Under the pieces are notes generated by a model. It did not search any database and was not told the DNA's origin. It saw only the letters and a program-made list of their open reading frames with translations. The translations under genes and the position numbers were made by a program. A stretch of 64,000 nt of DNA from Podarcis cretensis (taxonomy: Eukaryota), in assembly GCA_951804945.1 (NCBI GenBank), contig OX638149.1, forward strand, positions 87,730,001 to 87,794,000, in the 5' to 3' direction. How positions within the stretch are numbered: position 1 is the stretch's first letter; each line of letters starts with the position of its first letter. Shown here one piece after another: positions 47,111-60,030 of this stretch.

Positions 47111-50100
47111 AGAGAATGCAAGCACGTGTCATCATAACAGGCTCCCTCTATGTCAGAAAAAATGCTTTTCGTGTGGCGTTGCTATTTGTTTAAAAATCTG
47201 CTGAACTGAGGACACCTTTTTAATCAACGTATTTAATTGATCAATCGATCAAGCAAATAGTGCAGCCATAAACGAGGTGAGAGAAACTTGGCAGCTGTAT
47301 CCCATTCCTATATGGCTCTCTTGCTGTCTTGCAAGTGCCTTTTTTAATATTAAAATTTTCCTCCAAAACCAGGTCTTTGGTCCTTAACTTATCTGCGGCC
47401 TTTTAGAAGTGGATGGAATGTTCTTAATGTATTTCTCTTCCCTCTTGGTTTTAATGTATCTGTGTGGGGTTTATTGTCTAGTTTGTTTATTTAGCTGTAA
47501 GTTGCTTTGGGTTGCTCTGGGCAAGATAAAGCAACTGACACATTAAATAAATAAATTAAATAAATTACTGGTTATATTTGTCAGCTGGCATGTTTCTGCT
47601 TTCTGTCAGTTGCGGTAGGAAAATTGTGGGCTACCAAATCTCTGTCTGGGGTTTGTTCCATGTCTCAGCATGTGTCTGTGTCTGATTGCACTCTGCTCTT
47701 ACGCATGTTTCCTCCTGTGTCTGAGTATGCATGCATTGTGGTTGAGTATGTTGTCTGTCATGCACAGTCTCTGACTGGGTGCAGCCTGAATCAGCTTTAT
47801 TGGATCATCTCTGTGTACTCCTTCCACATTAACAATAGACCCTTTACTGCAGTGTCCTTACAGATGCTAGCTTTGGGTACTAACTGGAGAAGCCATAGGT
47901 ATGATTGTTGGGGATTGTTAGAGCTAGAGGTCTCCTCTCCCACCATGTCACTGTTTCTTAATTCCCTTGTGGTATTAGCTGGTTAAGCCATCCTCTTTCC
48001 CATTATGTAAAAAGGACATACGGTTATTCTACCCAAGATTTAAACATCTGCTTTCCCACAACATGCTTAACATTCCCTACAAACAACTCTGCCTGCAACT
48101 TGAAAAGCTGTAACAATAGGAAGGAAATAAACAGCAGCCATGTGAGGATGAAGGAAATGGCCTCTGCCTGCAGAATATATGTGAAGCACTAAGTTTTTTG
48201 ATCCCTCCAGCATTCTGTTTGAACTAGATTTGTAGCACTTTGGGAATTGAGGGCCTAGGGTGGAGTCTGAGGTTCCCCGTCCACTGCAGAATTGTAGCTC
48301 TCACTCTTCAGATCCTAAAAGCTGAACTATTTTGCACATTGAATGTGGACCACAGGGGCCACTTTTTAACTTTCTCCATTTTTCCTTAACTCCCAGGCAG
48401 CACCACTGAGCAATGGCCTCCAGCCTCAGGAAGCAGGTGGGTAGTGCACTGGTTTTGCCTGCCGGTGGTGGAGTGACCGCTTTCAAGTACAGACTTCACT
48501 GCCTGCCAGCCAGACTGACTCATGACATGTGTTGCAGGGAACAGTTTGGGGTGTTAATTGCCTGCTTTGAGTGTCTTCTAAACTTGCTAATCCATAACAG
48601 CATGATTGTGTGTACTAACTTTGGGACATTATACATCACTTTTTGAGCCATGCTGCGAGCCATCTGAACCACTGCCTCCCCTATCATTCTAGTCTTGGAA
48701 AATCTCAGTTGTACCCAGATTTCACTTTTTGCTTTCCTGTTTGAGAATGGCTCCAGTTCTGCTATTACCTGTGAAACCCATCCTAATGTGATCTTACAAA
48801 AAACTTACCGTATGTGAGGCCTGAGTTCAAAATCTGGGCTCATACTTAGATTCCTTGGATAAGCCCAGTATTGTCCATCCTCCATTTTCTATCTGCCAGA
48901 TGGGAATATTGGTGACCTACCTCACAGGGTTGTTGTGAGGGCACTCAATAAAGATAATGAAGCTATTCAACTGCCACAGAAATGTGTGAATAAATACAGT
49001 ATACAGCCCCCTCCTGACCGGGTCTGCTTTTTCAGAGCAAGTAGTTAGCCCCTTTTACACTTTCCCCTCTACTGTAAAATTTGCAGAAGAGAGTTTGGGC
49101 TCTGTCTGAAATCAGCAAATGCCTTCACCTTAGGCTGAAGTGTGTGGGTTGCTGCCTGTCAAGGGATGTAAACAATCAACTAACTGGATGTGCTCTGTGG
49201 GGCAGGGTGGGGTAGGGTTGGTCAGTGACTGCTGCAGCTTTTGGCTGGTTCTCTGTGCAAGTCACGGGTTGTTCAGCTCAGCATGCGTGTTCCTGCAGTT
49301 TATGTGAGAACATACCATTTCTTTAGGCTTAGTGAGAAGGAGGGAAGGTTGTGTCAGTCAAAAGGGCCAAGATTACTTAAATGTTTCACCTACCAAGAAG
49401 TTTTTGGTGTCTGGATTTGCAATGCCTCCCCTTACCCACTAGGCCCCAACCTGTCTCTGGATGTTAAGGAATCAGCGTTGGAAGCCAAGGTTGTAGGGCA
49501 AGAGGCCAAGGACCTGGCTGCAGATGGCAAAGGTACAGAGTTGAGCATGATGAATGTGATGTCAGATGGCAGGACCATGGACGGGGATCCCAGAGCTGTT
49601 GGGCTGGATGCCAAGACTGCAAATCGGGATGGCAAAGTAACAGCTGGGGATGCCGTTGCTACGGAATCGGATATTAAGGCTGCAGATTCAGAGGCCAGAG
49701 AACTGGATACAGCTGACAACTACGGTGGACCACAGGCCACAGTGACAGATAGGAGACAAACAGGTCCAGGGGGCAAGGAGGATGTGATGCCAAGAGGCAG
49801 GTGCAAGAGCTGGAACGCCAGTGCCCCCACCCTGAATGTTAAAGATGCCGGTCAGCAAAACAAAGGCACGGTTGTGGATGCCAAAGCAACATCAGAAGTC
49901 ACCAAGCCAGATGAGAGCAACAAAGATGACGACGGTGACATCATTTCTCTCGACTGTGAAATTCTTGGGTTTGGTCCTGATACTGATTTGCTGGGACCAG
50001 ATGCTGAGACTTACATGCATTTCATGCGGCGCCATCACTGTTATGATGCCATTCCCACCAGCTCCAAACTGGTAGTGTTTGACACAACCTTGCAGGTAAG

Positions 50101-53100
50101 GGGGGAAGTGGGAGCTGTTGTGGGTCAAGGAAGGGGATAGAAAACTGGTCATTTTAATAATGGGATAGTGGAAGCTCATTTCTTTATTAATCGGGGTGGG
50201 GAACCTGTGGCAATCCAGATACTGTTGGGACTGATATGAGTTGGAGTCCCGATCCCTGTTACAAATCCTTAAACATCCAGCAAAGACAGGACAGTAGTCC
50301 AATAGGCTCAAGTCAACAGCTCTGCTCCCTCCCTCTCAATGTTCCTAGTAAAATTGTTATCAGCACTCAAGAAAAGCTAGTTCTCAAAATAGAATACAGG
50401 GTGGAATGATGCTGATGGGAGTTTGCAAAAGGCTTGAATGAGAGTAGCTCAGATAACTGAGGGTTGGGAATAATTGGAAGCAGCATAGTTCCAACCTGAT
50501 GGTATCCCTTTTCTTTCCTTATGTAAGTGAATGCTTGCTTTTCCCTTCTATGGGAAAAGTAAACAATTATACTTGAGGAACGCTTCTGGTTTTTTAAAAT
50601 TTACAATGTTTCTGAACTGTTCATTATACGATTCCAGATTGCTATACAGAAGGATGGATAACGCTGTTCACACAAGAAAAAACATAAAGGGGCAGAATTC
50701 ATTTAACTAGTCCTGTTAGTGGAAGCCAACATGAGGACTTACACTAGTGCAACATGTCCTCCCACGTTATCTGAAATTGGCTCAGGGGAAGCTGAAAAGC
50801 TGATGGACCAGTTACCATAGAGTCACATTGAATTCCTCCCAAGGAGTAGGGAAGGCAGAATAAAATATCTTGCATGTCAGCGCAGACAGGAGTAACTTCA
50901 GACAGCGCTTGCACCCCTGACATTGTGACCTCCCCTGACAGGGATTCTACACTGAAGTTTGTGGGGGTTTCCCTACCCTTTTAGTACATGTCTGCCCTCC
51001 TCCCATATAACTACACTACACTCAGCAGTTTTCAACTTCCTTCCTAATCTGTCAGGTACTGGTACTTGACTTTCTGCTATGGCAGGCAGTGTGTGTGTTG
51101 TGGGGAGCTGTAGAAATTAATAGAGCACAAAGCTATCAATCGTTACTAGCTGCAATGACTGTGTTCTCCCTCCATTTTAGGAGGCAGTAGGCCTCTGAAT
51201 ACTAACTATTTTGGAATACAAGTGGAGAGAGTGCTGTTGGTCTTCAATATGCATCTGGATGGCTTCTGTGAGAACAGGATTCTGGACTAGGTGGGCCTTT
51301 GGACTCTTCTTACGACACTGGCAGAGCTGGATATAGGAACTCAAATCCGTCTGCAAGGATTAAACAAATAGATGCTCACTTTCAGGATGAAGCAATTCTA
51401 CCTGTTTCATCAGGTTATTCCTGCTGCTGCAAGTTTACCTTCCCTCCTATTTGTTGTAGTTCATCACATTCCTAGAGCTGTGATTTAGGAGGAGGTAGAA
51501 TCGTGGGAAGAGAGCAAACTAGGAAGAAAGTCCAAGCCGCATAATTTGGTAAAAAATAGGCCTAAGGTTGTTGCCCCCTAAAATTGAACCACAATGTTTA
51601 ATAATATCTAGTCTAGCAGAAGAATATAATTGGTACACAGAGTTGGAGTCCAAGGGGGTGCAGTGTGGGCGATTACTTCTGAATTTTCCCCTGCCCAGCC
51701 TTCTTGGCTGGATGCAGCTGTTTCCTCACCCTGTAGATCTGGCCTGGCCAATGTGGTGCCTTCCAGATGTTGTACTACAATTCCCATCAGCCTCAGACCA
51801 ATGGTAAGGATGACGGGGGCTGAAGCCCAACAAGACCTGAAGGGCACTACACTGACTACTCCTAACGGCAGATAGACAGGAATATTGAACAGCAACTGCC
51901 AGTCTGGCCCACCTATTCTTTTTTCCTCCTGTCCCCAGATAAAGAAGGCCTTCTTAGCCATGGTAGCCAATGGGGTGCGAGCAGCCCCTCTCTGGGACAA
52001 CAAGCAGCAGTGTTTTGTGGGTAAGTGATGCTGCGTTCAGGAGGGCAACACAGGACAGCAGATTTTGGGCAAAAGGAAGTGTGAACTGGGATTTCATAGG
52101 ACTACTACAGGCCATTCAAACTGTACTAGGGATGGTCAAGAAGGCAAGGTTGGGTGTGTGCAGGAATTCTGCAGGTGCCTTATTAAGGAAAGGCTCAACC
52201 ATCTGCTGTCCTGAGAACTGGGGCTTGCACAAGGTAGCCCTTCATGCCTGTTGCTTCAGCTCCTCCAGACCTACACCTGTGTGTATCCACCCTCTTCCTT
52301 TTCCTCTTTCCCCCACTCTCTCTTACTGCAGGTATGTTGACTATCACTGACTTCATTAACATCCTACATCGCTACTACCGATCACCTCTGGTGAGTTTTC
52401 CAGGACTACTCAATTGCCTTTGCAAGATCTGGAGCAAACCAGCTTCCAGCATCTCCCTCCCAATATGTACAGGGATGGAGGGGGGCAGGGGCAGAGGGGT
52501 GACAGCAAAGCAAGAGGACCTGTGACTTCAAAGTACAAGTGTGGACTGCTTGGAACTCTCACTATCTTATCCTTTTGTGGGTGACATCACCCTGCTCACG
52601 AGTATCATTTTGTGCTGTTTTTAGGTTCAGATATATGAGATCGAGGAACACAAAATTGAAACGTGGAGAGGTGAGGAGGGCACCACTAGGGGGAGTAGTG
52701 TATGCATGGATGCTATTGAATATCTTTAAAATTGATTGTCAGCAGTGGAAGGTGAATTGCACTCTGTGTGTGTGCACATGTTTACGTCTGTCTCCCTGCT
52801 TCTGGCCTTGATTTAAACAGTTCCTCTCTTAATTTGGTATCCCTTCCTACTTGATAGTCTTGCCTCTAGACAAGGCACGGCCAGCATTTAGTCCAACAAC
52901 ATCTAAAGGACAACAGCTCCCATAATTCCCTCCCATTGGCCATGCTGGCTAGGGCTGATGGGAGTTGGGGCCCACTGGCCACCCCAGCCCCTAGGCAAAG
53001 GGTTTAGGTTACAGTACTCTAGGGATTGGAAACCAGTGACTTCTGGTTTTGATGGGCTCCATCAGCCCTTGCCAGGATGACCAATAACAATCTGGAGGGT

Positions 53101-56100
53101 CACAGGTTCACCCTCCTTGCGCTACAGGCTCTTTTGCTGCATTCTGATGAAATTCCATGTGCTGTAGCCCATTGCTGTGAGCTCATTGGATCCTGTCCCA
53201 TTTCTGTCCCTGGTGTTTCTACTTACCCTCTCCCTTTGAGCTTGGTCCACACAACCACCCAGAAGAGGGGTAGCTAATGTGGTACCTTCCAGATGTTGAT
53301 CCAGCTCTTTTCATCCTTAGCCAGCATGGCCCAATGGTCAAGGATGATGGCAAGTGAAATCCAACATGTGGAGGGCACCATGTGGGCTGCCCCTGACTCA
53401 CAGGGAATGTGCAAGGCTCAGGGAGGATCCTCCTCCATCTGCTCACTGCTTGCATGTTCAGTGGTAGAGCACATGCTCTGCTTGCAAATGATCTGAGATT
53501 CAATCCCTGGCATCTCCTGTTTGGGTAGGGAAATGCCCCCTAGCTAAAACCCTGGAGGGTGGCTGCCAATCAGGACGCAGGCTAACTGGATCATTGGTCT
53601 GATTCAGTACAACAGCTATAGTACCCTTTCTCTCTTCAAAGTGGGGAAACCCAGCCAGATGGGCAGGATATAAATAATAAAATTATTTTTTAAAAAGTAT
53701 TATACATTGAATCACTGTCCCAATTTCTGAGATGCTTTCAGTGCACATAACATGGGAAGAAAGTTGATGTTATGGTAAATCATCTTCAACTTGGCAGTGA
53801 TTAACCATATGGTATAGTGACCTCAAGCTGTTGTATGCCAAAATCTCAGAAACTCAACATCCTTCTAAATAGATTGGAAACCCGACTGACCTCTTTTGCC
53901 AGATTCCCCTACCCCCACAGAAGTAGCTTCATCCTTAACCTGTAGTAGTTCTCCCATCTTACCTAGGGCAACGGTTCCATATACTATTCAGACGCTTTCC
54001 TTTCTCCCCAGAGGTGTATTTGCAAGGTTTCTTCAAACCCTTGGTGTGCATCTCCCCAAATGATAGGTAAGTCATTCCTGATGCTTGCTTACTCCTCCCA
54101 CAGATCCCTCCTCTTTGGCAGGAAAGGTGGGAAAGAATTTTAATGAGTACATAATAATAGTGTGGCTAGCTTTGATGGAAAGAGTCTTGTACTTTTAACA
54201 ACTGCATGGCAGTTGGTCTAAAAGAGTGAAGTTTTACTCATCAGTTCCTTGCCAGAAAACACTTCACTTGTTGATTTCTGCCTGTCAAATAGCTGAATGC
54301 ACAGAGCCTTTGTCCATAATAGGGGTGGGGGAACCCTCACTGTCTCACAACGCCTACTCCATTTAGAGCAGCTGTGCTGCCTGATGCCCAAAGTGGAAGC
54401 AGTAAATGGGTACAGTCCCTGGGTACAGGGAGCCAATCTCCAGGCATGTCATATTGCCCTTTTGTTTCTCCCTTTCCTAGCCTATTTGATGCTGTTTATT
54501 CCTTGATTAAGCACAAGATCCATCGGCTGCCTGTTATCGAGCCCATCTCAGGGAACGTCCTACATATTCTGACCCACAAACGTATCCTCAAGTTCCTGCA
54601 TATCTTCGTGAGTGTCTGGTGATCCCAAATTCTTCTTGGCATAGATGATGGCAAGGCAGATTATTTTTGGTCTCAGTGGGTCCTATGTTGGCCCAGTGCC
54701 CGATGCTCTCTTTTATCATTTATTTATTGGTATAGAGCCAACAGGGTATGTGGTGCCTTGCAGAGCTGCATAGGGAAAAATAGACTGGCCACTTCCCTCA
54801 AGATGCTCACGATCTAAAATAGACAATTGGGAAAACAGTAGAAGTTGGGAGAGTAAGAGGTTAGGCTCCACTAGGGATGTAAAAAGGTATCATTTTATTT
54901 TTTGTCCCATATTCATTGTCTGCAGTGGTACCTCAGGTTACATATGCTTCAGGTTACAGACTCTGCTAACCCAGAAATAGTGCTTCAGGTTAAGAACTTT
55001 GCTTCAGGATGAGAACAGAAATCGTGCTCTGGTGGCATGTCGGCAGCAGGAGGCCCCATTAGCTAAAATGGTGCTTCAGGTTAAGAACAGTTTCAGGTTA
55101 AGTACGGACCTCCCGAATAAATTAAGTACTTAACCCGAGGTACCACTGTATTTCTATTCTGCTGCAGTTCAGCTTCTGCAAAAAATGTTATCTAGCTCAC
55201 TGCTCACTGTGGCCAAATTTAATAATGCAATTAATTACATTATTGTGTGAATGCACATCATTCATTTCATTGTGGGGCAGGGGGAGCATCACCAATAATG
55301 CACTGGAAAAAATAACCTCCTCTTCTCTCACTACAGGGAGCCATGCTTCCAAAGCCACGATTCCTGCAGAAAACCATCCTGGAACTGGGCATTGGCACCT
55401 TCCGTGACGTTGCCATGGTCCTGGAGTCAGCCCCTGTCTACACAGCCTTGGAGATTTTTGTGGACCGCAGGGTCTCAGCATTGCCTGTTGTTAATGAAAA
55501 AGGTACTTGCTGCGGGGAGCTCCTCTGCTCTGCTCACCGCTATGTTTGCCGTTTCAGCTGAGCCTTACCTCTCTCTCATATGTTATCAGCTTTCTAATTC
55601 ATCCTCTACTTTTTTCTTGGGCCCTGAAATTCCACAAACCCTATGTGACATTTATCAAACAATCTGAGCCATTGCGTGATGTAGCTTTTGCCAAGCTGCA
55701 CCGTTTTGGGGTTCCATATTTGAATCCCCCCCACCCAGCTTGAGCCAATGAACCATAGTGCTATATGCAACATTTCAGAGATAGTGTTAAATCACTATCA
55801 CCCAGATTTTGTCACTTTTGTAAATTCCACCCACTGTCATAAAATCAGGAACCCTCTTTCTATGTATTAACTCATAAACTTCAAGATGTGATAAAAGCCT
55901 GGAAAAGTGGTGTTCACATATATGATAATATGAATGAATAATGCTCTGTGTCTAGCTCTATTCAAGACTTTATTGTGAGTGGATTTTTTCTTTTATCGGG
56001 TATTTCTTAATTATTTTTATGATTAATACATATGGAATACTTGCTTAGTTGGAACGTATTAAATATATCAATACTTTTTAAAAATTGATGATAGCTACAT

Positions 56101-56367
56101 TATGAGGTGGGTGAATGGGAGGGTTTTCTCTACTGAGTCCCTTATAATGCTTCCCTCGCTTTCTCTTTACAGGGAGGGTAGTTGGCCTCTACTCTCGCTT
56201 TGATGTGATTGTAAGTATAGCACAATCATATTTTTGCAGGTGTGAAGTTGGTTGGCGGGAGAATGGATTTTTTTAATAGCCAAAGCTAAGAAAATGGAAT
56301 GTTTCCCTGTCTTGCCTCTAGGGGATGCAGTACCTGTTTAAAATTTTAAGATGGGAAGATCACTTGG

Positions 56368-56399
<32 letters not shown>

Positions 56400-58263
56400 T
56401 GTTTGGTATCCCTCGCAAATGTTTCCTGAACTCCATCTATCTAAAGGGATTGAGGTGGTGATACAAATTTTCACTACTATTTTTCAGCTCTAGACAGAGA
56501 AGTCAGCAGCAGTTTCCCTCTTAAACATAGGGTGAAAAGCAAAGGAGAACATTGTCTCCAATACTGTGATTCTAAATGGATGGCGGATTAGGGTCCATTT
56601 ATCAAAGTGGCTGTCACAAGGTGCATTAAACCAGTGTGTAGCAACTGAGCCTTGTTTCAGCAAGAGTTACCTGGATATTAAAGCCAGAGTTCTCCCACCT
56701 TTGCAAAGTGGGATTGGGGTAGCTTTATTCTCTGCTAATGCCAAGCCCCTGCCTGGATGATCTGTCATGGTGGCTTCAAACCATTTCCTTGTCTCTGCTT
56801 AGCACTTGGCTGCCCAGAAGTCCTACAACAACCTGGACATTACTGTGGGGGAAGCACTGAAGCAGCGCTCAGTCTGCCTGGAAGGGGTGCTCACCTGCCA
56901 TCCTTACGAAACGATGGAAGACATTATTGACCGCATCGCCAAGGAGCAGGTATGCCAGCGTGGAGCAGGAAGAATGTGCGCTTTAGGTAACAGTTACACT
57001 GTGGCAAGACCTTGACCTCTCCAGGTCCATAAAATCTGACTTCAGGAGTTAAATGTTCAGCCTAAACCTCTTCTGTCTCTACTTTCTGCTTACTCAAGTC
57101 ATGCCCAGTGACACTTTCTAATCCAGTCAGCCTCTAATCCTGTCGCCTGATTGACTTTGCTCTATTGGCATAGGTGTTCCAGCAGTAACCATCTCTGGCT
57201 TGTTCTTCCCCATGACACTCATGGAAGAGACAAGTCCACACTAGTGGCTTACAGGCCCTAGGAAAAGGATGGGAAATATTGTGGAATACTGTATTCCAAC
57301 CATTTAAGCAAAAAACAAAAACTCCCAAAATAATTCTCATGAGACTTCTCCAGGGTAGAAGCTATTCCCAATGAATCACTTAAAAAGGGGGTCCACGGGG
57401 AAAGCCAAGAGCCCGCACAGAAGAGGTAGATTGCTCAGGTGGGTGGTCCCCAAGGTAAGTGAAACCATCTTCAGATGCTGATGAGAACTGGACACCTAAA
57501 GGCTGCTTCACATGTTATATGAGAGAAAACAGCTGTTTGCTGCCATACAGCAGGAAGCCATGGCAGTCTCATGCATATGGTGGGAAACATCTATCTGTTG
57601 CGTGTAATGATTTACTGAACCAATGGGGAACCTGTGGTCCTTCACAAAGCATTGGGACCCCAATTCCCATCAGCCCCAGCCAGCATGGTCAATGGTCAGG
57701 GATGAAGGGTAATGTAGTTCAGCAAAAACACCTAGAGGGTCACAGATTCCCCATTCTAGAAGCAAACAGGTGTTTCCATATGCAAACACACATACCTTAA
57801 AAAATTATAATGTGGGAAGCAGCCCTAGACTTATTTTCTGTACAGCACAGTTGCTCCTCTGCAACTAAAGGCTAATAGGCGGCGCAACAGCACCCAGCTT
57901 TAACTTTCCTGCCTGCCACTCTTAATTGCAACTTTTCCCAGAATGCCCTGTCCCTCGGCTATCTTGCTGTACTAGGATGGTGATGATGTTAATAGTAATA
58001 ATAATAGCATTATGCCACCAAAGGGAAACGTTTCTGAGGTTTGCCTCAGGAGGGAGGGGTAACGCTAGCCCTGTGGATGTCAAGCACTCATCTCGGCTCA
58101 TCCCGTTACCGTACTCTTGATGGTGTGTGGCTCACTCATCTGGCAGGTCCATCGTCTGGTTCTGGTGGATGAGAAGAAAACCCCGCGGGGGATCGTGTCC
58201 CTCTCTGACATTCTCCAAGCCCTGGTTCTCACGCCTGCAGGTATCGATGCCCTAAACTCTTAA
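46614..58263 (+). CDS. PRKAG3: 5'-AMP-activated protein kinase subunit gamma-3, complete spliced CDS of 12 exons, 1572 nt / 523 aa
   Basis: Four CBS domains ([51 protein letters not shown]). Gamma-3-specific features: [25 protein letters not shown] and the C-terminus [10 protein letters not shown]. Phases are consistent. Confidence 0.95.
48397..48436 (+). CDS. PRKAG3: PRKAG3 coding exon 2 ([13 protein letters not shown])
   Basis: 40 nt with a strong pyrimidine tract; supplies the phase 0->1 shift needed to join exon 1 to exon 3. Confidence 0.72.
49443..50095 (+). CDS. PRKAG3: PRKAG3 coding exon 3 (repeat-containing N-terminal extension to [28 protein letters not shown])
   Basis: Open frame 49241-50140, TAG acceptor at 49440-49442, CAG|GTAAG donor; the 5' boundary is less certain than the 3'. 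Confidence 0.82.
51939..52020 (+). CDS. PRKAG3: PRKAG3 coding exon 4 ([20 protein letters not shown])
   Basis: 82 nt, CBS1. Confidence 0.96.
52332..52390 (+). CDS. PRKAG3: PRKAG3 coding exon 5 ([19 protein letters not shown])
   Basis: 59 nt, conserved motif. Confidence 0.96.
52625..52670 (+). CDS. PRKAG3: PRKAG3 coding exon 6 ([15 protein letters not shown])
   Basis: 46 nt, conserved motif. Confidence 0.96.
54012..54066 (+). CDS. PRKAG3: PRKAG3 coding exon 7 ([17 protein letters not shown])
   Basis: 55 nt, conserved motif. Confidence 0.96.
54481..54607 (+). CDS. PRKAG3: PRKAG3 coding exon 8 ([21 protein letters not shown]...KFLHIF)
   Basis: 127 nt, CBS2. Confidence 0.96.
54923..55148. mobile_element. 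Tc1/mariner (Tigger/pogo-like) MITE, copy 2
   Basis: Same TIRs and interior as copy 1, same orientation. Confidence 0.88.
55337..55502 (+). CDS. PRKAG3: PRKAG3 coding exon 9 ([10 protein letters not shown]...[12 protein letters not shown])
   Basis: 166 nt, CBS3. Confidence 0.96.
56173..56210 (+). CDS. PRKAG3: PRKAG3 coding exon 10 ([12 protein letters not shown])
   Basis: 38 nt, conserved motif. Confidence 0.95.
56369..56397. repeat. (GT)n microsatellite
   Basis: Read directly from the sequence. Confidence 0.9.
56803..56949 (+). CDS. PRKAG3: PRKAG3 coding exon 11 ([12 protein letters not shown]...IAKEQ)
   Basis: 147 nt, conserved motif. Confidence 0.96.
58147..58263 (+). CDS. PRKAG3: PRKAG3 last coding exon (VHRLVLVDE...[10 protein letters not shown])
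   Basis: 117 nt, TAA stop. Confidence 0.96.
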   Translation, partial: VHRLVLVDEKKTPRGIVSLSDILQALVLTPAGIDALNS

Positions 58264-58499
58264 GCCGCCTGACGCTCCATCCTTCCTCCATTTGTACCCT
58301 CCATTTCCTCCGCTTCTCTCCAGCTCAGGTAGGCCCCATGCCTTGGCCTCTCTAGCCTCTGCCCTGCTGCTCGTTTTTGCCTTGCTGCTGGGTCTCTCTT
58401 GTCCGTCCGGCCAAGCCAGGTCTGTATTTCTGTCTGTCTAGAACCAAACACCCAGCCTGGAAGGGAGGCCAATGCTATGGATCGTAAACACAGCATAGC

Positions 58500-58830
58500 C
58501 TTGTAGGAGGAACCTCTTCATGAGAGGTCCGCAGGGTGGCAATACAAGAATGGGCCTTTTCTGCAGTGGCTCCCCGGGGGGGGCTCACCTGGCACCTTCA
58601 TTACATATATCCAGGCAGCAGGTGAAAACGTTTCTCTTTAACTAGGCCTTTGGCTGATTAACATTCTATGTCCTTTTTAATGTGTTTGTGGGAGGGGGGC
58701 TTATGGGTTTGTTTTTATTATGTATTTTGCATTTATTTTTATGTTGTGAACTGCCCTGTGATCTTCAGATGAAGGGTGGTATACAAATTTAATACATTAT
58801 TTATGATTATGATTATGATTATTATTATTA
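58500..58830 (+). mobile_element. LINE (L2-like) 3' fragment with (ATT/ATTATG)n tail in the PRKAG3 3' region
   Basis: GTGAACTGCCCTGTGATCTTCAGATGAAGGGTGGTATA followed by a simple-repeat tail. Confidence 0.5.
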
Positions 58831-59992
58831 GGGGGGGCTGCTCAGACACACACAGGCAGGGTTCCAGCTTCTGGCAAAAGAGAGGCCTCCTGATACATCA
58901 AAGCTGTGCTTAAACCTTTAAAACCAGCAGCTTCTTATTCCACCTCTAATCCATTCGGATTTTCTCCTTACTCTTTTTCACATCCCTTGGTGCTAGCACG
59001 GCACACCAATTGTTGGAAGTGTTTTGTTGCATGGGAAGAGCTGGTTATAGAACTGGACGGCATCAGAGGAACCCTCTGCATCCAGAAAACTAAGCAGCTG
59101 TGTAGTGGGAAAGCTGGTGTATGTCTCACATATATGTAAATTTCTTTTGGCAGAGTGTTAGTAGATGTGCTGCATGTTAGATTCATTTCCAATTGAAATG
59201 ATAAAACCCTGCTTTTCCACTGCATTTCCCTAGCACAGATTTTATCACAGGGAAATGGTGGTTTTTCAGTAACAACCAGTTCACTGGGTAACATGAGCTG
59301 GGGGTTATGTTACTTCCCATGCCCTGTAGTCACCCCAGCTGATTTATTTACCTGTTGTGGTTGCTAAAGGCACAGAGGCAGTTACAGCTTGGGGGCAGGT
59401 AGAGTGTCAGGTCAGCTGTTAAGCCTAGCCTTTAAAGGTTGCAATGGAAAAATATGATATTCAGTGGATAAAGCACACACAGCCACAGTTCCCCACCCCC
59501 AAATTCCCCCCTTTATCTGAAAGCTCTCCTGTGACTTCAAATCTGTCCATCAGAAATTCAGCCACTGTGTATCTCAGAAGAGTTCCCCCTGCCCCCTTCC
59601 ATGCCTTGTAAACTATTTTTACTCATCTGCTGTGATTTTTTCTCTGACTTCTAACTCAGGAGTTCTCAAGCTTTCTACCCCCCAGCAACCACCTGAGAGG
59701 CCTACCAAACACAAAATGGCAGAGCCAGTAATAGAATGGTGGTGAATGGAGGCAGAGTTTATTCTAATCATCTGGCATAATTGTTCACTGGTATCTAATC
59801 CATTTCTGGAACCTGCTAAATTCTCTGCCAAAGTGGTTTCCTTGTGACAAGGAGTTCCATAGTTCAGCTTTCCTCAAGCTAAGTATAAATATTGGAGTTA
59901 CCATGACTCAGCCTCTCCTTTATAGGCAGAATTTGCTGAGCTAGAGGCTAAAAGGGGAGAAGGCATTTTATCTGCACATACCTCTTTCCCCC

Positions 59993-59995
<3 letters not shown>

Positions 59996-60028
<33 letters not shown>
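59996..60028. repeat. (AC)n microsatellite
   Basis: Read directly from the sequence. Confidence 0.9.

Positions 60029-60030
<2 letters not shown>

Noticed and set aside
47864-47898. Candidate small PRKAG3 exon (TTACAG|ATG...AG|GTATG)
   Set aside because: Its 35 nt give the wrong phase to join exon 1 to exon 3; 48397-48436 fits instead
51975-51980. Site of the known PRKAG3 glycogen-storage variants (pig V199I/R200Q, human R225)
   Set aside because: The sequence is wild type (GTG CGA, Val-Arg); nothing unusual
58321-58335. Donor-like CAG|GTAGG 65 nt after the PRKAG3 stop (possible 3' UTR intron or NMD trigger)
   Set aside because: No identifiable partner acceptor or exon; the motif alone is insufficient
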